A program made the translations under genes and the position numbers. Positions 1 through 9,100 of a DNA stretch of 35,491 nucleotides are shown piece by piece; positions within the stretch are counted from its first letter, which is position 1, and each line of letters starts with the position of its first letter. Source of the DNA: a virus (Duplodnaviria; Heunggongvirae; Uroviricota; Caudoviricetes); IMG/VR virus record IMGVR_UViG_2671180778_000014, positions 1 to 35,491 of that record; one strand, written 5' to 3'. Under the pieces are notes generated by a model. The model worked only from the letters and a program-made list of their open reading frames with translations, had not been told where the DNA came from and searched no databases.

Positions 1-387
1 ATGTTCAATATCATGATTCGTAAATTCGGTGAAATGACTTTCGAGAAAGCTGGTGTTGCGCGTACCGAAGAAGAAGCAATGGCCTTAGTTCTGGTAGCAC
101 TGAGATCATCACCTGAGATTATCGACGCTGAATATGTAGCCGCAGAAGGTGAGATTAAAGAGATTAAAGCAGTGGCTAAGGAATTAGGTGTTAAAGGTTT
201 CCGTAAGCTGAAACTATCCCGCGAGACTTATGTCATTGGACAGCAAGGACAATACCTAGATGAGAATAGCGCGATTGTCCTACTGAATAAGATCACCCGC
301 TATGGTTTCCAGATTGAGCAATATAAAACGTGTTTCGAATTATACGAAAAAGGTTTGCTGGATACTCTGACCATCGTTCGCGCTTAA
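1..387 (+). CDS. hypothetical protein (may be 5'-truncated at window edge)
   Basis: 128-codon ORF ending TAA at 385-387, followed by a hairpin plus T-run terminator; no recognisable motif. Confidence 0.45.
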   Translation: MFNIMIRKFGEMTFEKAGVARTEEEAMALVLVALRSSPEIIDAEYVAAEGEIKEIKAVAKELGVKGFRKLKLSRETYVIGQQGQYLDENSAIVLLNKITRYGFQIEQYKTCFELYEKGLLDTLTIVRA

Positions 388-401
388 TTAATTTCTAATT
401 T

Positions 402-427
402 GGTGGGTGCAATTCCCACCGCTTTTT
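402..427 (+). terminator. rho-independent terminator
   Basis: GGTGGG-tgcaatt-CCCACC hairpin followed by GCTTTTT. Confidence 0.5.
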
Positions 428-444
428 AAACTGGAGAATCAAAC

Positions 445-525
445 ATGTTAGCTTTTATCTCATTCGTGGGAGGTAGTCTCACAACCATGATTAGTCTTTC
501 TTATATTGTCGTTAGTATGGGGTGA
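445..525 (+). CDS. small hydrophobic peptide (26 aa), speculative
   Basis: ATG at 445 preceded by GGAG; translation MLAFISFVGGSLTTMISLSYIVVSMG; below ORF-track size cutoff. Confidence 0.2.
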   Translation: MLAFISFVGGSLTTMISLSYIVVSMG

Positions 526-528
526 GCA

Positions 529-654
529 ATGAAACAATTTCATGATGGCATTTCATCCAAGACATTCAAGAAAGAATATAGCGGATTGTGTATTAACTGG
601 ATTGATTTGATTGGTGCGGTTGTGTTTGGTTTGGTAATCAGCATCAACTTTTAA
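529..654 (+). CDS. small membrane peptide (41 aa), speculative
   Basis: ATG at 529 preceded by GGGGTGAG; translation MKQFHDGISSKTFKKEYSGLCINWIDLIGAVVFGLVISINF has a C-terminal hydrophobic helix. Confidence 0.25.
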   Translation: MKQFHDGISSKTFKKEYSGLCINWIDLIGAVVFGLVISINF

Positions 655-699
655 CGATATAAATATATCGTAATTCAAATAACAAGAGGAAATTCTACT

Positions 700-945
700 A
701 TGAAAAAGATTATCGCGGGTGTTGTTCTTGCTCTGGGTTTGGTTGGTGCTGCAAATGCCGAACAATATGTACAGGGTGATAGTGTCAAGCGTGCTGCCGT
801 TGCACCTTCTTTAAATCAACTGTGTACTGAATTAGCACAGGTTGCCGGAGTTGGTGACGATGACGACTTTATTACTGCGTGTGTATGGAGTCATATCGAG
901 GATATTAATAAACGTGATGCAAAACTAACTGGAAAGAAATATTAA
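700..945 (+). CDS. small secreted protein with N-terminal signal peptide
   Basis: RBS GAGGAA upstream; MKKIIAGVVLALGLVGAANA-EQ looks like a Sec signal peptide with AxA cleavage site; two Cys and a DDDD patch in the mature part; terminator follows. Confidence 0.55.
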   Translation: MKKIIAGVVLALGLVGAANAEQYVQGDSVKRAAVAPSLNQLCTELAQVAGVGDDDDFITACVWSHIEDINKRDAKLTGKKY

Positions 946-961
946 TGACTTACTAACCAAT

Positions 962-1001
962 GCCCCTATCGTTATAATACGCGGTAGGGGCGTTTTTGTT
1001 T
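962..1001 (+). terminator. rho-independent terminator
   Basis: GCCCCTATCG / CGGTAGGGGC stem followed by GTTTTTGTTT. Confidence 0.5.
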
Positions 1002-1010
1002 GGAAATGGT

Positions 1011-2690
1011 ATGAAAACTAAACTGTATTCGTATATTCGCTTCTCGTCTATGCGTCAGAATGATGGTTCGAGTTATGAACGACAAATCAGGATGGCGAGA
1101 GAGGTTGCGGCAAAGTATGACCTTGAACTGGTAAATGATTATCAGGATCTGGGTGTATCTGCGTTTAAGGGTGCTAACTCTAAAACAGGGGCGCTATCTC
1201 GTTTCCTTGATGCAATTGGTAGATCCGTTCCTGTTGGTAGCTGGCTATTCATCGAGAACTTGGACCGTTTATCCCGTGCCGATATTGTCAGTGCGCAGGA
1301 GTTATTCCTTTCAATAATCCGTAGGGGGATAACCATTGTTACTGGCATGGATAACAAGATCTACTCGCTGGATACTGTTACCGCTAACCCGATGGACCTG
1401 ATGTTCTCCATCCTTTTATTCATCCGTGGTAATGAGGAAAGCCAGACTAAGCGCAATCGTACTAACTCAAGCGCATTGATTAAGATTAAAGCTCATCAAG
1501 AAAATCCACAAAATCCGGCAGTGGCTATCGAGGAAGTTGGAAAGAATATGTGGTGGACTGATACCACTTCCGGTTATGTGTGTCCCGATCCGGTCTTCTT
1601 CCCTATTGTTCAGGAGGTTGTGGAATTACGCAGGAATGGACGGTCTACCGCCGAGATACTGGATCACCTTAACGCGACATATACACCACCACCAGCCGCA
1701 AGTCACAAGAGGCATTCAAACTGGTCACGAGCAATGATTGAAAGGTTGTTCCATACCCGCGCTTTGATTGGTATCAAGGAAATCTCTGTAGATGGCGTTA
1801 AGTATGAGTTAAAGGATTATTACCCTCGTGTGCTAGATGACGCTGAGTTTTATCACCTTAAGAAAAGCATTGGTGTTAGAGCATGTAACTATGGAGACAA
1901 AGAAGAAGCTAAACCGATCCCCCTGCTTAGTGGTGTTAATCTGCTGAAATGTGAACATTGCGGTTCCGCTATGGTTAAGGTGAAAGGAACTAACAAACGG
2001 CCTAACCAATATCGTTATTCATGCGATGCAATGCGCTCTAGTCGTATTGCATGTGTGCATACAAACTGGAGTTTTCGAGGTGATCAATTAGAGAAAGCTG
2101 TATTGCAATTGCTGGCTGATAAAATCTGGATTGCTGAGGATAAGGCTAATCCTGTTCCGGCTTTGAAAGTACAGATTGATGAGATATCACGCAAGATTGA
2201 TAACCTGATTACCCTTTCTGCTATGACTGGAGCAACGAAGGAGTTAGCCGACCAGATTACTACCCTCAATAGCGAGCGTGAAACACTCTATAATCAGATT
2301 AAGATGGCAGAAGAGGAAATGTATTCTGTGGACTCTCAAGGCTGGGAGAAGCTCGCAGAATTTGATTTAGAAGATGTTTATAACGAGGATCGCATTAAGG
2401 TCCGGTTTAAGATTAAGCAAGCTCTAAAACGGATCGGGTGTAGCAGGATTGACAAATACAAAAACTTGTTTGTATTGGAATACATTGATGGCAAGACCCA
2501 GAGAGTTGTAATAGAAAATTCAAGAGGACCGAGGAAAGGACAAATCTTTGTCGATTTGAAAACTATCAATGATAGGCAGATTCTGGAGAGTAACGGGCTT
2601 GTTCTGCATCCATGTTTAGACATGCTGACAGATAAAGACTGGAAGCCAGAAGAGGAAATACCAGGTCCATTACAGGAATTTGGAATTTAA
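1011..2690 (+). CDS. large serine recombinase (integrase/resolvase family)
   Basis: N-terminal YSYIRFSSMRQ matches the Y-x-R-x-S-x-x-Q catalytic serine motif; about 560 aa with Cys cluster (CEHCGS...YSCDAM...IAC) and coiled-coil region typical of large serine recombinases. ATG at 1011 preferred over the track's TTG at 996, which lies inside the upstream terminator. Confidence 0.75.
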   Translation: MKTKLYSYIRFSSMRQNDGSSYERQIRMAREVAAKYDLELVNDYQDLGVSAFKGANSKTGALSRFLDAIGRSVPVGSWLFIENLDRLSRADIVSAQELFLSIIRRGITIVTGMDNKIYSLDTVTANPMDLMFSILLFIRGNEESQTKRNRTNSSALIKIKAHQENPQNPAVAIEEVGKNMWWTDTTSGYVCPDPVFFPIVQEVVELRRNGRSTAEILDHLNATYTPPPAASHKRHSNWSRAMIERLFHTRALIGIKEISVDGVKYELKDYYPRVLDDAEFYHLKKSIGVRACNYGDKEEAKPIPLLSGVNLLKCEHCGSAMVKVKGTNKRPNQYRYSCDAMRSSRIACVHTNWSFRGDQLEKAVLQLLADKIWIAEDKANPVPALKVQIDEISRKIDNLITLSAMTGATKELADQITTLNSERETLYNQIKMAEEEMYSVDSQGWEKLAEFDLEDVYNEDRIKVRFKIKQALKRIGCSRIDKYKNLFVLEYIDGKTQRVVIENSRGPRKGQIFVDLKTINDRQILESNGLVLHPCLDMLTDKDWKPEEEIPGPLQEFGI

Positions 2691-2728
2691 GCGGCCTAAA
2701 TCGACGTATAACGAGCTAAAACAGTTAA

Positions 2729-2751
2729 GGGGTACATTCGTACCCCTTTTT
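2729..2751 (+). terminator. rho-independent terminator
   Basis: GGGGTAC-attc-GTACCCC hairpin followed by TTTTT. Confidence 0.55.
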
Positions 2752-2763
2752 AATTTAATTGCG

Positions 2764-3762
2764 TTAGAGTGTCTCTAATGGGCTTAAATCGAGTTCTAAG
2801 TCTTCCGGTATTAAATCAGCTAACGGTGCATTCATCCACTGCGATAAATCTCGTTCTATGTCTTCATCACTAATGTAGTTGTTCAGATTGATTGCGTTGG
2901 TATCATCAAAATACATTGGCTTAGATGGGTTGGTGTGGATGTATTCATTGATGAATGATTTAACATCTTTCAGCTTGCTAATCGGTAGCGTTTCTGTGAA
3001 TCCGCTATTCATTACCTTACGTGGGATTTTCTTGCCCTGAATATTCTTTTTAATCCCCATTTCTAAATCACCAGCTTTCCATCCAATGTTAAACAAATGT
3101 GAGCATTCAAAGGTGATTTTCTCGCTGGTGTGCTTCTGGTGTTCTCTTACCCGTTGCATCGGATCTTTGCGAGTGGTAATTCCATATTTGAAAAACTTCT
3201 CGCCAACACGAATTAGATAAAAGTGCATAGGGCGCTGTGCAAACTTGTTTCTGATAACCTGTTTTCTACCATTCTGAATTGATTTAAGTACCCCCCTAAC
3301 CAAAGGGCATGTTAACCCGCCTTGTCTGCGGTTATTGTGTAAATCACCTTTCTTGTGAATCTTTCCGTGGCACTTACAACGAAGAATTAGTTTAGTGTCA
3401 ACACCCTGATAAGGTTCAGCCAGACCTAACACATCCCACCCTATCGGCTTGTAGAACTTGCGAGCGTTTTCTAAGTGTTCTTCTTCGGTAAATCTAAACT
3501 TCTTCTTAGGCGGTGATACTCTATCTTTGCCAGTAAACTGACCAGTTAGAACATGACTAATACATGGCGTTTTAACCTTTCCGTTAACTTCTATGCAAAC
3601 TTTGGTGTTCTGGAATGGTTTCTTTACAGGAAGCACAAAACCACTGTATAACCATCCATGCACTTGACAAACTTTAATGATTCTGGTTTCATATTCGACC
3701 GGAGGGGTCGCACGTTTGCTTTTTGCGGTAAATTCGATATCCTTTGCTAAAGTAGTATTCAT
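2764..3762 (-). CDS. putative GIY-YIG-like endonuclease with N-terminal Cys-rich region
   Basis: 332-aa ORF; central HFYLIRVGEKFFKYGITTRKDPMQRVREH resembles the GIY...YIG...R...H arrangement; N-terminal CxxH/CxxC clusters; family call tentative. Confidence 0.4.
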   Translation of the reverse strand: MNTTLAKDIEFTAKSKRATPPVEYETRIIKVCQVHGWLYSGFVLPVKKPFQNTKVCIEVNGKVKTPCISHVLTGQFTGKDRVSPPKKKFRFTEEEHLENARKFYKPIGWDVLGLAEPYQGVDTKLILRCKCHGKIHKKGDLHNNRRQGGLTCPLVRGVLKSIQNGRKQVIRNKFAQRPMHFYLIRVGEKFFKYGITTRKDPMQRVREHQKHTSEKITFECSHLFNIGWKAGDLEMGIKKNIQGKKIPRKVMNSGFTETLPISKLKDVKSFINEYIHTNPSKPMYFDDTNAINLNNYISDEDIERDLSQWMNAPLADLIPEDLELDLSPLETL

Positions 3763-3797
3763 AGTAGTGAATCCTCAATAAAATAATATTCACTACT
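3763..3797. promoter_or_regulatory. perfect 10-bp inverted repeat in the 5' leader of the endonuclease gene
   Basis: AGTAGTGAAT ... ATTCACTACT separated by 15 nt, directly upstream of the start at 3762. Confidence 0.3.
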
Positions 3798-3804
3798 ATT
3801 TATA
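3798..3804 (-). promoter_or_regulatory. candidate -10 element (TATAAAT) of a recurring promoter motif
   Basis: minus-strand CTTATAAATA upstream of the gene at 3762; the same motif recurs at 29978 and 30966. Confidence 0.3.
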
Positions 3805-3808
3805 AGAA

Positions 3809-4165
3809 TTAATTATTGTAGTTTTGGAAACCAGTAAGATCGCAAAATGTTTCTGTGTCATGTACCGGAGAACGATGTTCTGCCTCGTCAGAGAAAATGT
3901 TGGCTACCGGAGATTCTGCGTTAACTTCCGGTACTTCTTCAACTACTGGCTGAACTTCTTCAATGACTGGTTCCACTACCGGAGTTTCTTCTACTGGTTC
4001 CGGTTCTTTCATTGCTTCAACCAGTGACGGATCTGCCTCATCAAATACCACTTTATCTTCTGCGGTATATTTGTCTATAATGAAAAAATGGTCAGAAATA
4101 TAGCTAACGTCGCCAGCATATTCTAACAAAAAAGCGCCCACCAGAGGCGCTTTTGTTTTATCCAT
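3809..4165 (-). CDS. hypothetical Pro/Glu-rich protein (uncertain start)
   Basis: ORF with EPEPVEETPVVEPVIEEVQPVVEEVPEV low-complexity segment; 5' end overlaps a terminator hairpin, so the true start and reality are uncertain. Confidence 0.3.
   Translation of the reverse strand: MDKTKAPLVGAFLLEYAGDVSYISDHFFIIDKYTAEDKVVFDEADPSLVEAMKEPEPVEETPVVEPVIEEVQPVVEEVPEVNAESPVANIFSDEAEHRSPVHDTETFCDLTGFQNYNN
4130..4157 (-). terminator. rho-independent terminator after the endolysin gene
   Basis: minus-strand AGCGCC-tctggtg-GGCGCT followed by TTTTTTGTT. Confidence 0.5.
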
Positions 4166-4511
4166 TCCACCGTGATTTTTTTGATCTGGAATCAATATGC
4201 GTAAAGGTTTTATATTTTCCTAAGCCGTATTGAGTAGGATATTTCCCATCAAGATAAGCATGAACAATATCAGGCGAGACACCCTTGATAACAATGTCAG
4301 CCGCGCGGCCTCGAACATGATAGCTATTGGTTGCGCCGCCTACATTCTTGTTATGAGTCGGGCAACGGTTCCCACTGTTAATAATCACTGGTTTACCGAA
4401 GTGCTCTCGTACATCCTCAAGAATCACCAGTAATTCAGCGTCGATTGTATCATAATCACATTTTCCGCATTTACATTTAAATTCCTTGCGAGAAAAATGC
4501 TTACTTAACAT
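4158..4511 (-). CDS. endolysin, zinc peptidase M15-like (YcbK/DUF882-type)
   Basis: FSRKEFKCKCGKC ... NSGNRCPTHNKNVGGATNSYHVRGRAADI ... THID matches the His/Asp zinc-binding pattern of M15-type cell-wall peptidases; RBS AAGGGGG. Confidence 0.65.
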   Translation of the reverse strand: MLSKHFSRKEFKCKCGKCDYDTIDAELLVILEDVREHFGKPVIINSGNRCPTHNKNVGGATNSYHVRGRAADIVIKGVSPDIVHAYLDGKYPTQYGLGKYKTFTHIDSRSKKSRWNG

Positions 4512-4520
4512 ATTACCCCC

Positions 4521-4868
4521 TTAGATCATTTCGAAGATATAACCAATAAAGCGCATACCCTTGATATAATAAGGAGCAGTGCCTACACACACCGCGCGTG
4601 CATCACCCAGACAGTTAAAGCTATAAGGATTAACTACATCGACTTCTTGCCCTACACGAAAACGATATTTAGGACGTTTAGCCAATGTAGCGACACAAAA
4701 CACGGTCCCCTTTTCATGGTCACGGATACATTCTTTATATTGTTTATGTTTAACTCTCTTCGCCTCAAAATCATAGGTCATTGATTCTGGGCTAATGCCA
4801 TTAATAAAAATACCGGAAAGCTGATCAACCGGATAAGTAGGAAATTCAGTGAAAATATTTTTAGCCAT
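4521..4868 (-). CDS. hypothetical protein
   Basis: 115-codon ORF with GGGGG RBS; no recognisable motif. Confidence 0.5.
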   Translation of the reverse strand: MAKNIFTEFPTYPVDQLSGIFINGISPESMTYDFEAKRVKHKQYKECIRDHEKGTVFCVATLAKRPKYRFRVGQEVDVVNPYSFNCLGDARAVCVGTAPYYIKGMRFIGYIFEMI

Positions 4869-4906
4869 GTTATACCCCCATAAGATTCTATGAGGGTATT
4901 TATTGA

Positions 4907-5590
4907 TTAAACGTATTTCATGCGCGATTTAATGTGCTTATTGATGTTTTCAAGCATCATTGCTTCGTTGCTTTCCCACGATCCTAGCGTCGAATAACGA
5001 GTAGAAATTTTATCCGACTTAACGGCAACAATTCGCTTACTCTGTTTCTGTATGCGTTTCTCTAAGCGACGTTTTGCCACCGCAGATCCATTCCTAGCGC
5101 GTTTGGTTCGGGATTTCTTAGGCTTGTACTTCTTCATGATAAAAGTCCCTTCCTGGTTCTCTACCTTGATGAAGTTGCCATTTTCGATGTTACGCATCAT
5201 CTTACCGCCTTTGATGGCCTTAATGTTCCCGTGGGAGTCTAAGACCTTACCGTTGGCGATTGGCACTAGCTTATTGATTTTGCCACCATCGAAATAGTGT
5301 TTCAGATAGTCATCCTGACTGCCGATCCTCTTGTCCTTATCCCTTGCGCCCTTGATGAAGATTTGGTGTCTCGTCCCTGATCGGTTCTTGTAGTTGGTAT
5401 TACCTACAGCTTGCTGAGTCCATCGAGTAGGTCTATCAACATTCTTGTTAATCTTCTTCTGGAGTGCTCTGGAAGCAAAGATCGCCCCTTCCCCTAGTGC
5501 CCTTTCGAATGTATCGGTTGCCTTTTCAGACCATTGCCGTAACGCTTTCTTAGTCCTTAGAGCGTTTCGTTTATTGGTACTGGTTGCCAT
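4907..5590 (-). CDS. hypothetical basic protein
   Basis: 227-aa ORF rich in Lys/Arg; start ATG overlaps the stop of the upstream small gene (TAACATG). Confidence 0.5.
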   Translation of the reverse strand: MATSTNKRNALRTKKALRQWSEKATDTFERALGEGAIFASRALQKKINKNVDRPTRWTQQAVGNTNYKNRSGTRHQIFIKGARDKDKRIGSQDDYLKHYFDGGKINKLVPIANGKVLDSHGNIKAIKGGKMMRNIENGNFIKVENQEGTFIMKKYKPKKSRTKRARNGSAVAKRRLEKRIQKQSKRIVAVKSDKISTRYSTLGSWESNEAMMLENINKHIKSRMKYV

Positions 5591-5591
5591 G

Positions 5592-5762
5592 TTAGCCCCC
5601 TAATAACGAAAAGACCCCCGCCAGTGTCCTTAGCAATTGTTCATCCACGGTCATAGCCGGGAGTTCAAGCCCAAAGGACGTTAGCAGAGGTCTAATAGCT
5701 ACGTTATAAGTGAGGGCGACAATCAAGAGATAACCAAAATATTTCTTAAGTTTATTCTTCAT
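5592..5762 (-). CDS. small membrane protein (56 aa), possible holin-like
   Basis: RBS AAAGGGGTG then ATG; MKNKLKKYFGYLLIVALTYNVAIRPLL has a hydrophobic helix; translationally coupled to the downstream gene. Confidence 0.35.
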   Translation of the reverse strand: MKNKLKKYFGYLLIVALTYNVAIRPLLTSFGLELPAMTVDEQLLRTLAGVFSLLGG

Positions 5763-5780
5763 ATATTCACCCCTTTATTA

Positions 5781-6059
5781 TTATTTTTGTTTGAGTATGT
5801 CGAGAACTTGGTCAAATTTGGCGTCCATCGCAACCACTTTCTTCTCTATACCGTGTAGTGTTTGTTCCATTTGGTAAACACGTTCAGCAATCTGAGTATG
5901 GTTATTCTGCATCGTCTCAAACTTCTGGTTTAACAATGCGTCGCTGGATTCCAATTTCGACAATCTATTTTCAGTTGCTAATTGATTTCGGTGAAGTCTC
6001 CAAAGACCACCACAAATTAAGGCGATAACACCGATACCGCCATATATAATTTCAGTCAT
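5781..6059 (-). CDS. membrane-anchored coiled-coil protein (spanin- or holin-like)
   Basis: N-terminal hydrophobic segment IIYGGIGVIALICGGLW followed by a heptad-rich region; GGGGG RBS. Confidence 0.45.
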   Translation of the reverse strand: MTEIIYGGIGVIALICGGLWRLHRNQLATENRLSKLESSDALLNQKFETMQNNHTQIAERVYQMEQTLHGIEKKVVAMDAKFDQVLDILKQK

Positions 6060-6165
6060 TACGCCCCCGATATTTTTATATAGTTTAATGGCAAAATTAT
6101 TTAGATAAAAATAATCCCGCCTAACTCAAAAGAATTAAGCGGGATTAATTATTAAAATTAAATTT

Positions 6166-9100
6166 TTAAGAAACAGTAATACCCGTAGTGGCTTTTTTAG
6201 TTACCATTACAGTTAAATCACTGATCCATGTGCTAGGCGTCCAGTTGTTGATTGCGCTTGATTGCACTTCAAAGGTCAAGGTCACAGCACCTTTACCCGC
6301 TGGCATATCAATAACACCTGAGTAAAGACCAGTATTACCGCCATACGCCCTATTATACAACTCTGACCCATTCTTACGAACAATCAGGCGACATGTGTCG
6401 TAATAGGTATTATTGTTCGACCCTTCACGCGCTCGCAATCCACCAAAACTAATTGCCGGAATAACGATTTGACGATCGAACTTGTGATCATCTTCAACGC
6501 GAACAGTGACCGTACCCTGTGGATAGCCAGCATAACCATTATCAACGTTAACATCACGGTGCGGGAACTTACGACCAATCACCTTAACGAAATCACCCTT
6601 AACCTGAGTAGCTTCAAGCATACCCTTAATAACACAGCTAGAGTTAATCGTGACGTTGTTCAGAGTACCAGAATCAGCCGTGATATTACCTTTAACGGTA
6701 GCGTTCATGAACGTAGCATTACCGTTCTTGTTGATATGCCATCCGGTCGATCCGTTCCAGTTGGAAGACTGGATATAGTTACCGATTTTAGCGTTATCAA
6801 TTGCGCCATTTACAATCTTGGCGTTAGTGATTGCCCCGTCCTGAATCTTCGCGCTGTTAATTGCAGCATTGCCGATCTTAGCGGTAGTAATTGCCGCATC
6901 ATTAATCTGGGCTGTACCAATTGCAGCATTACGAATCATCGCATTATCGAGATAAACCTTGTTACCTTCGATACCAAACGGGCAAACATCGGTCCCATTC
7001 TGCGGAGCTACAGCAATTTTATCAGCCGTAAAGATGATTTTAGTCGGTTGTGCCGGATCGTTGGTTGCGCTCATGTGAATACCAGCCACACGACCATCTG
7101 CATTAACTGCCAGATTGTATTTGCTGTTAATGGTTCCTTTCAAAGCATCGATTTTTACATCTGCTTCCTGATTCACACCAGCAATCTTGCCATCCATTTC
7201 TACCCGAACTTGATCAATCTTACTTGCGCTTGCTGCCTCACTGGTTGCAATTGCTTGTTTCAGGGTTGTAGCGGAGGCGCTAACTTCTTTGGTGATATCG
7301 CCTTTCAGTTCAGCTTTAACCTGATCAATCTTAGTTGAACTTGCCTTATCACCAGAAGCAATCAGACTCTTTAAGGTATCGGCTGAGGCTTGAACAGTTT
7401 TACCCGTCTCGGTAGTGATTTGCTTATGCATTGCATCAATTTTAGCATCGGCATTAGCGCCAGCTTGCTTAATAGCATCCGCGATAGTTTCATCTAAGCG
7501 ATCTTGTAAACCGATCAGGTCTTCCAGTGCTTCTTTGTCCTGATCGTCCCAACTAATCGTAGACTTCATTTGCATGAAATACGGTTCAGACCAAACAGCA
7601 TCATCCATACCGAAAATATCGTAGTGAGCACCACGGATATAATAATCACCGTCAGCAATATCAAAGGAAGTATGGCTAACACTATTCGTGCTTACTGCCC
7701 TTGCATCTGAGAAAGTGTTATCGGTTGCATACTGGATGATTGACCCTGCATAGTCATGTTCTACGTCATCCGCCCAGCTAACAAACGCAGTATTAAAGCC
7801 ACCACGCGCACTAAAACCTTTCATTGGCTTATGCTGTGGGTTGATAGCCACTAAACGCGCTGGGGCGCTCTCTGAGTTGTTATAGCCCTTAGCCGATACT
7901 TCTACCGTAAGTTGTCGCGAAAGGCCGTTAAACTGGTTCATATCAAGTGTATAAGTCCATGATTCAGGATCGCGGGTACGGTACTGAATAGACTTACCAG
8001 CCTTGTTAGTCACCTTGATAATGTATGCTTCAAACAGGTCACTAAACTTGTTAGTTTCACCGTTGATCATCACATCTAATTGTTGCTGATTTTCCCATTC
8101 GATAATCAGATCATTACCTTCGAAAGTTCCTGGCGTGCTACCCTGATTTTTGATTCGAATAACCGGAGTCGGTAATTCATAGGTAACAGTAGGATTCTGG
8201 TTAATCAGTTCTACCCAATCAGATCTCGCGATGATACCGAAAGCACAAACTCGGTAATCATAAGAACGATCTTTTGCCAGTGCACTGACACTGAAAATTT
8301 GCTGTGAAGTCTGTCCCAGCTTAATCCAGTTAGGCGATCCACTAACACGGTAATCAATCTGGAAGCCGTAGCGGTTAAAATCTTCCGGCGCATCCCATGT
8401 TAAAGTAACGTTCTTACCATAGATTGTTTCACCAGTTGCCTTAATTCTGAAATTAGTAGGCTTCTGTACTGTCATTGAATCCGGTAAACCACTTGGTCGG
8501 TTATCTGGGTTAGCCGCATAGTTCAGGTCAGTATAAACCTGAGAATTATATTCTGTGGCGGTGATCGTCATCATCCCAGCAATACCAGAATCAATCGAGC
8601 GGTCAATTGCAGTAATACGCCAAAGTGAATTATTCAGTTTTAATTCATCATAGGTTACGCTGATAACATCCCACACCTCGGCAGTGAATGCGTCAGTAGT
8701 CATAAAGCTGATAACCTGAGTGATACGAGATTTATTTCGTTCAATGCTCGCAAGTTTATCAATCTGGGCTTTAGACTTAACAAAACGATATTCGATATCC
8801 TTAGCGATAATTCGACCATCTTGACGAATAGTAGCATCGTTTTCAGCATCAGCCGGATAACGTAGCATTTGCTCTGAATAGTCAATAGATGGTTCTTGAT
8901 ACATCGCGTTAATGGTATTGAAATAACCGTTAGTGCCACCTGTTTTCAGTGATACCTTACCCATCATGATATTGTCTTCATTGAAGGTATGCTTAACAAT
9001 ATCAGGAGCATCCAGTTTCAGGGTAATTCTTCCGAAGGATTCGAACATCACCCCGCCGAAAGTCTGCATAAGGCTAGTCAAGTTCTCTTTAAAGCTGGCG

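Noticed and set aside
6469-7338. 289-aa plus-strand ORF inside the J fibre gene
   Set aside because: Antisense shadow of the 1258-aa minus-strand gene; no RBS and low-complexity translation
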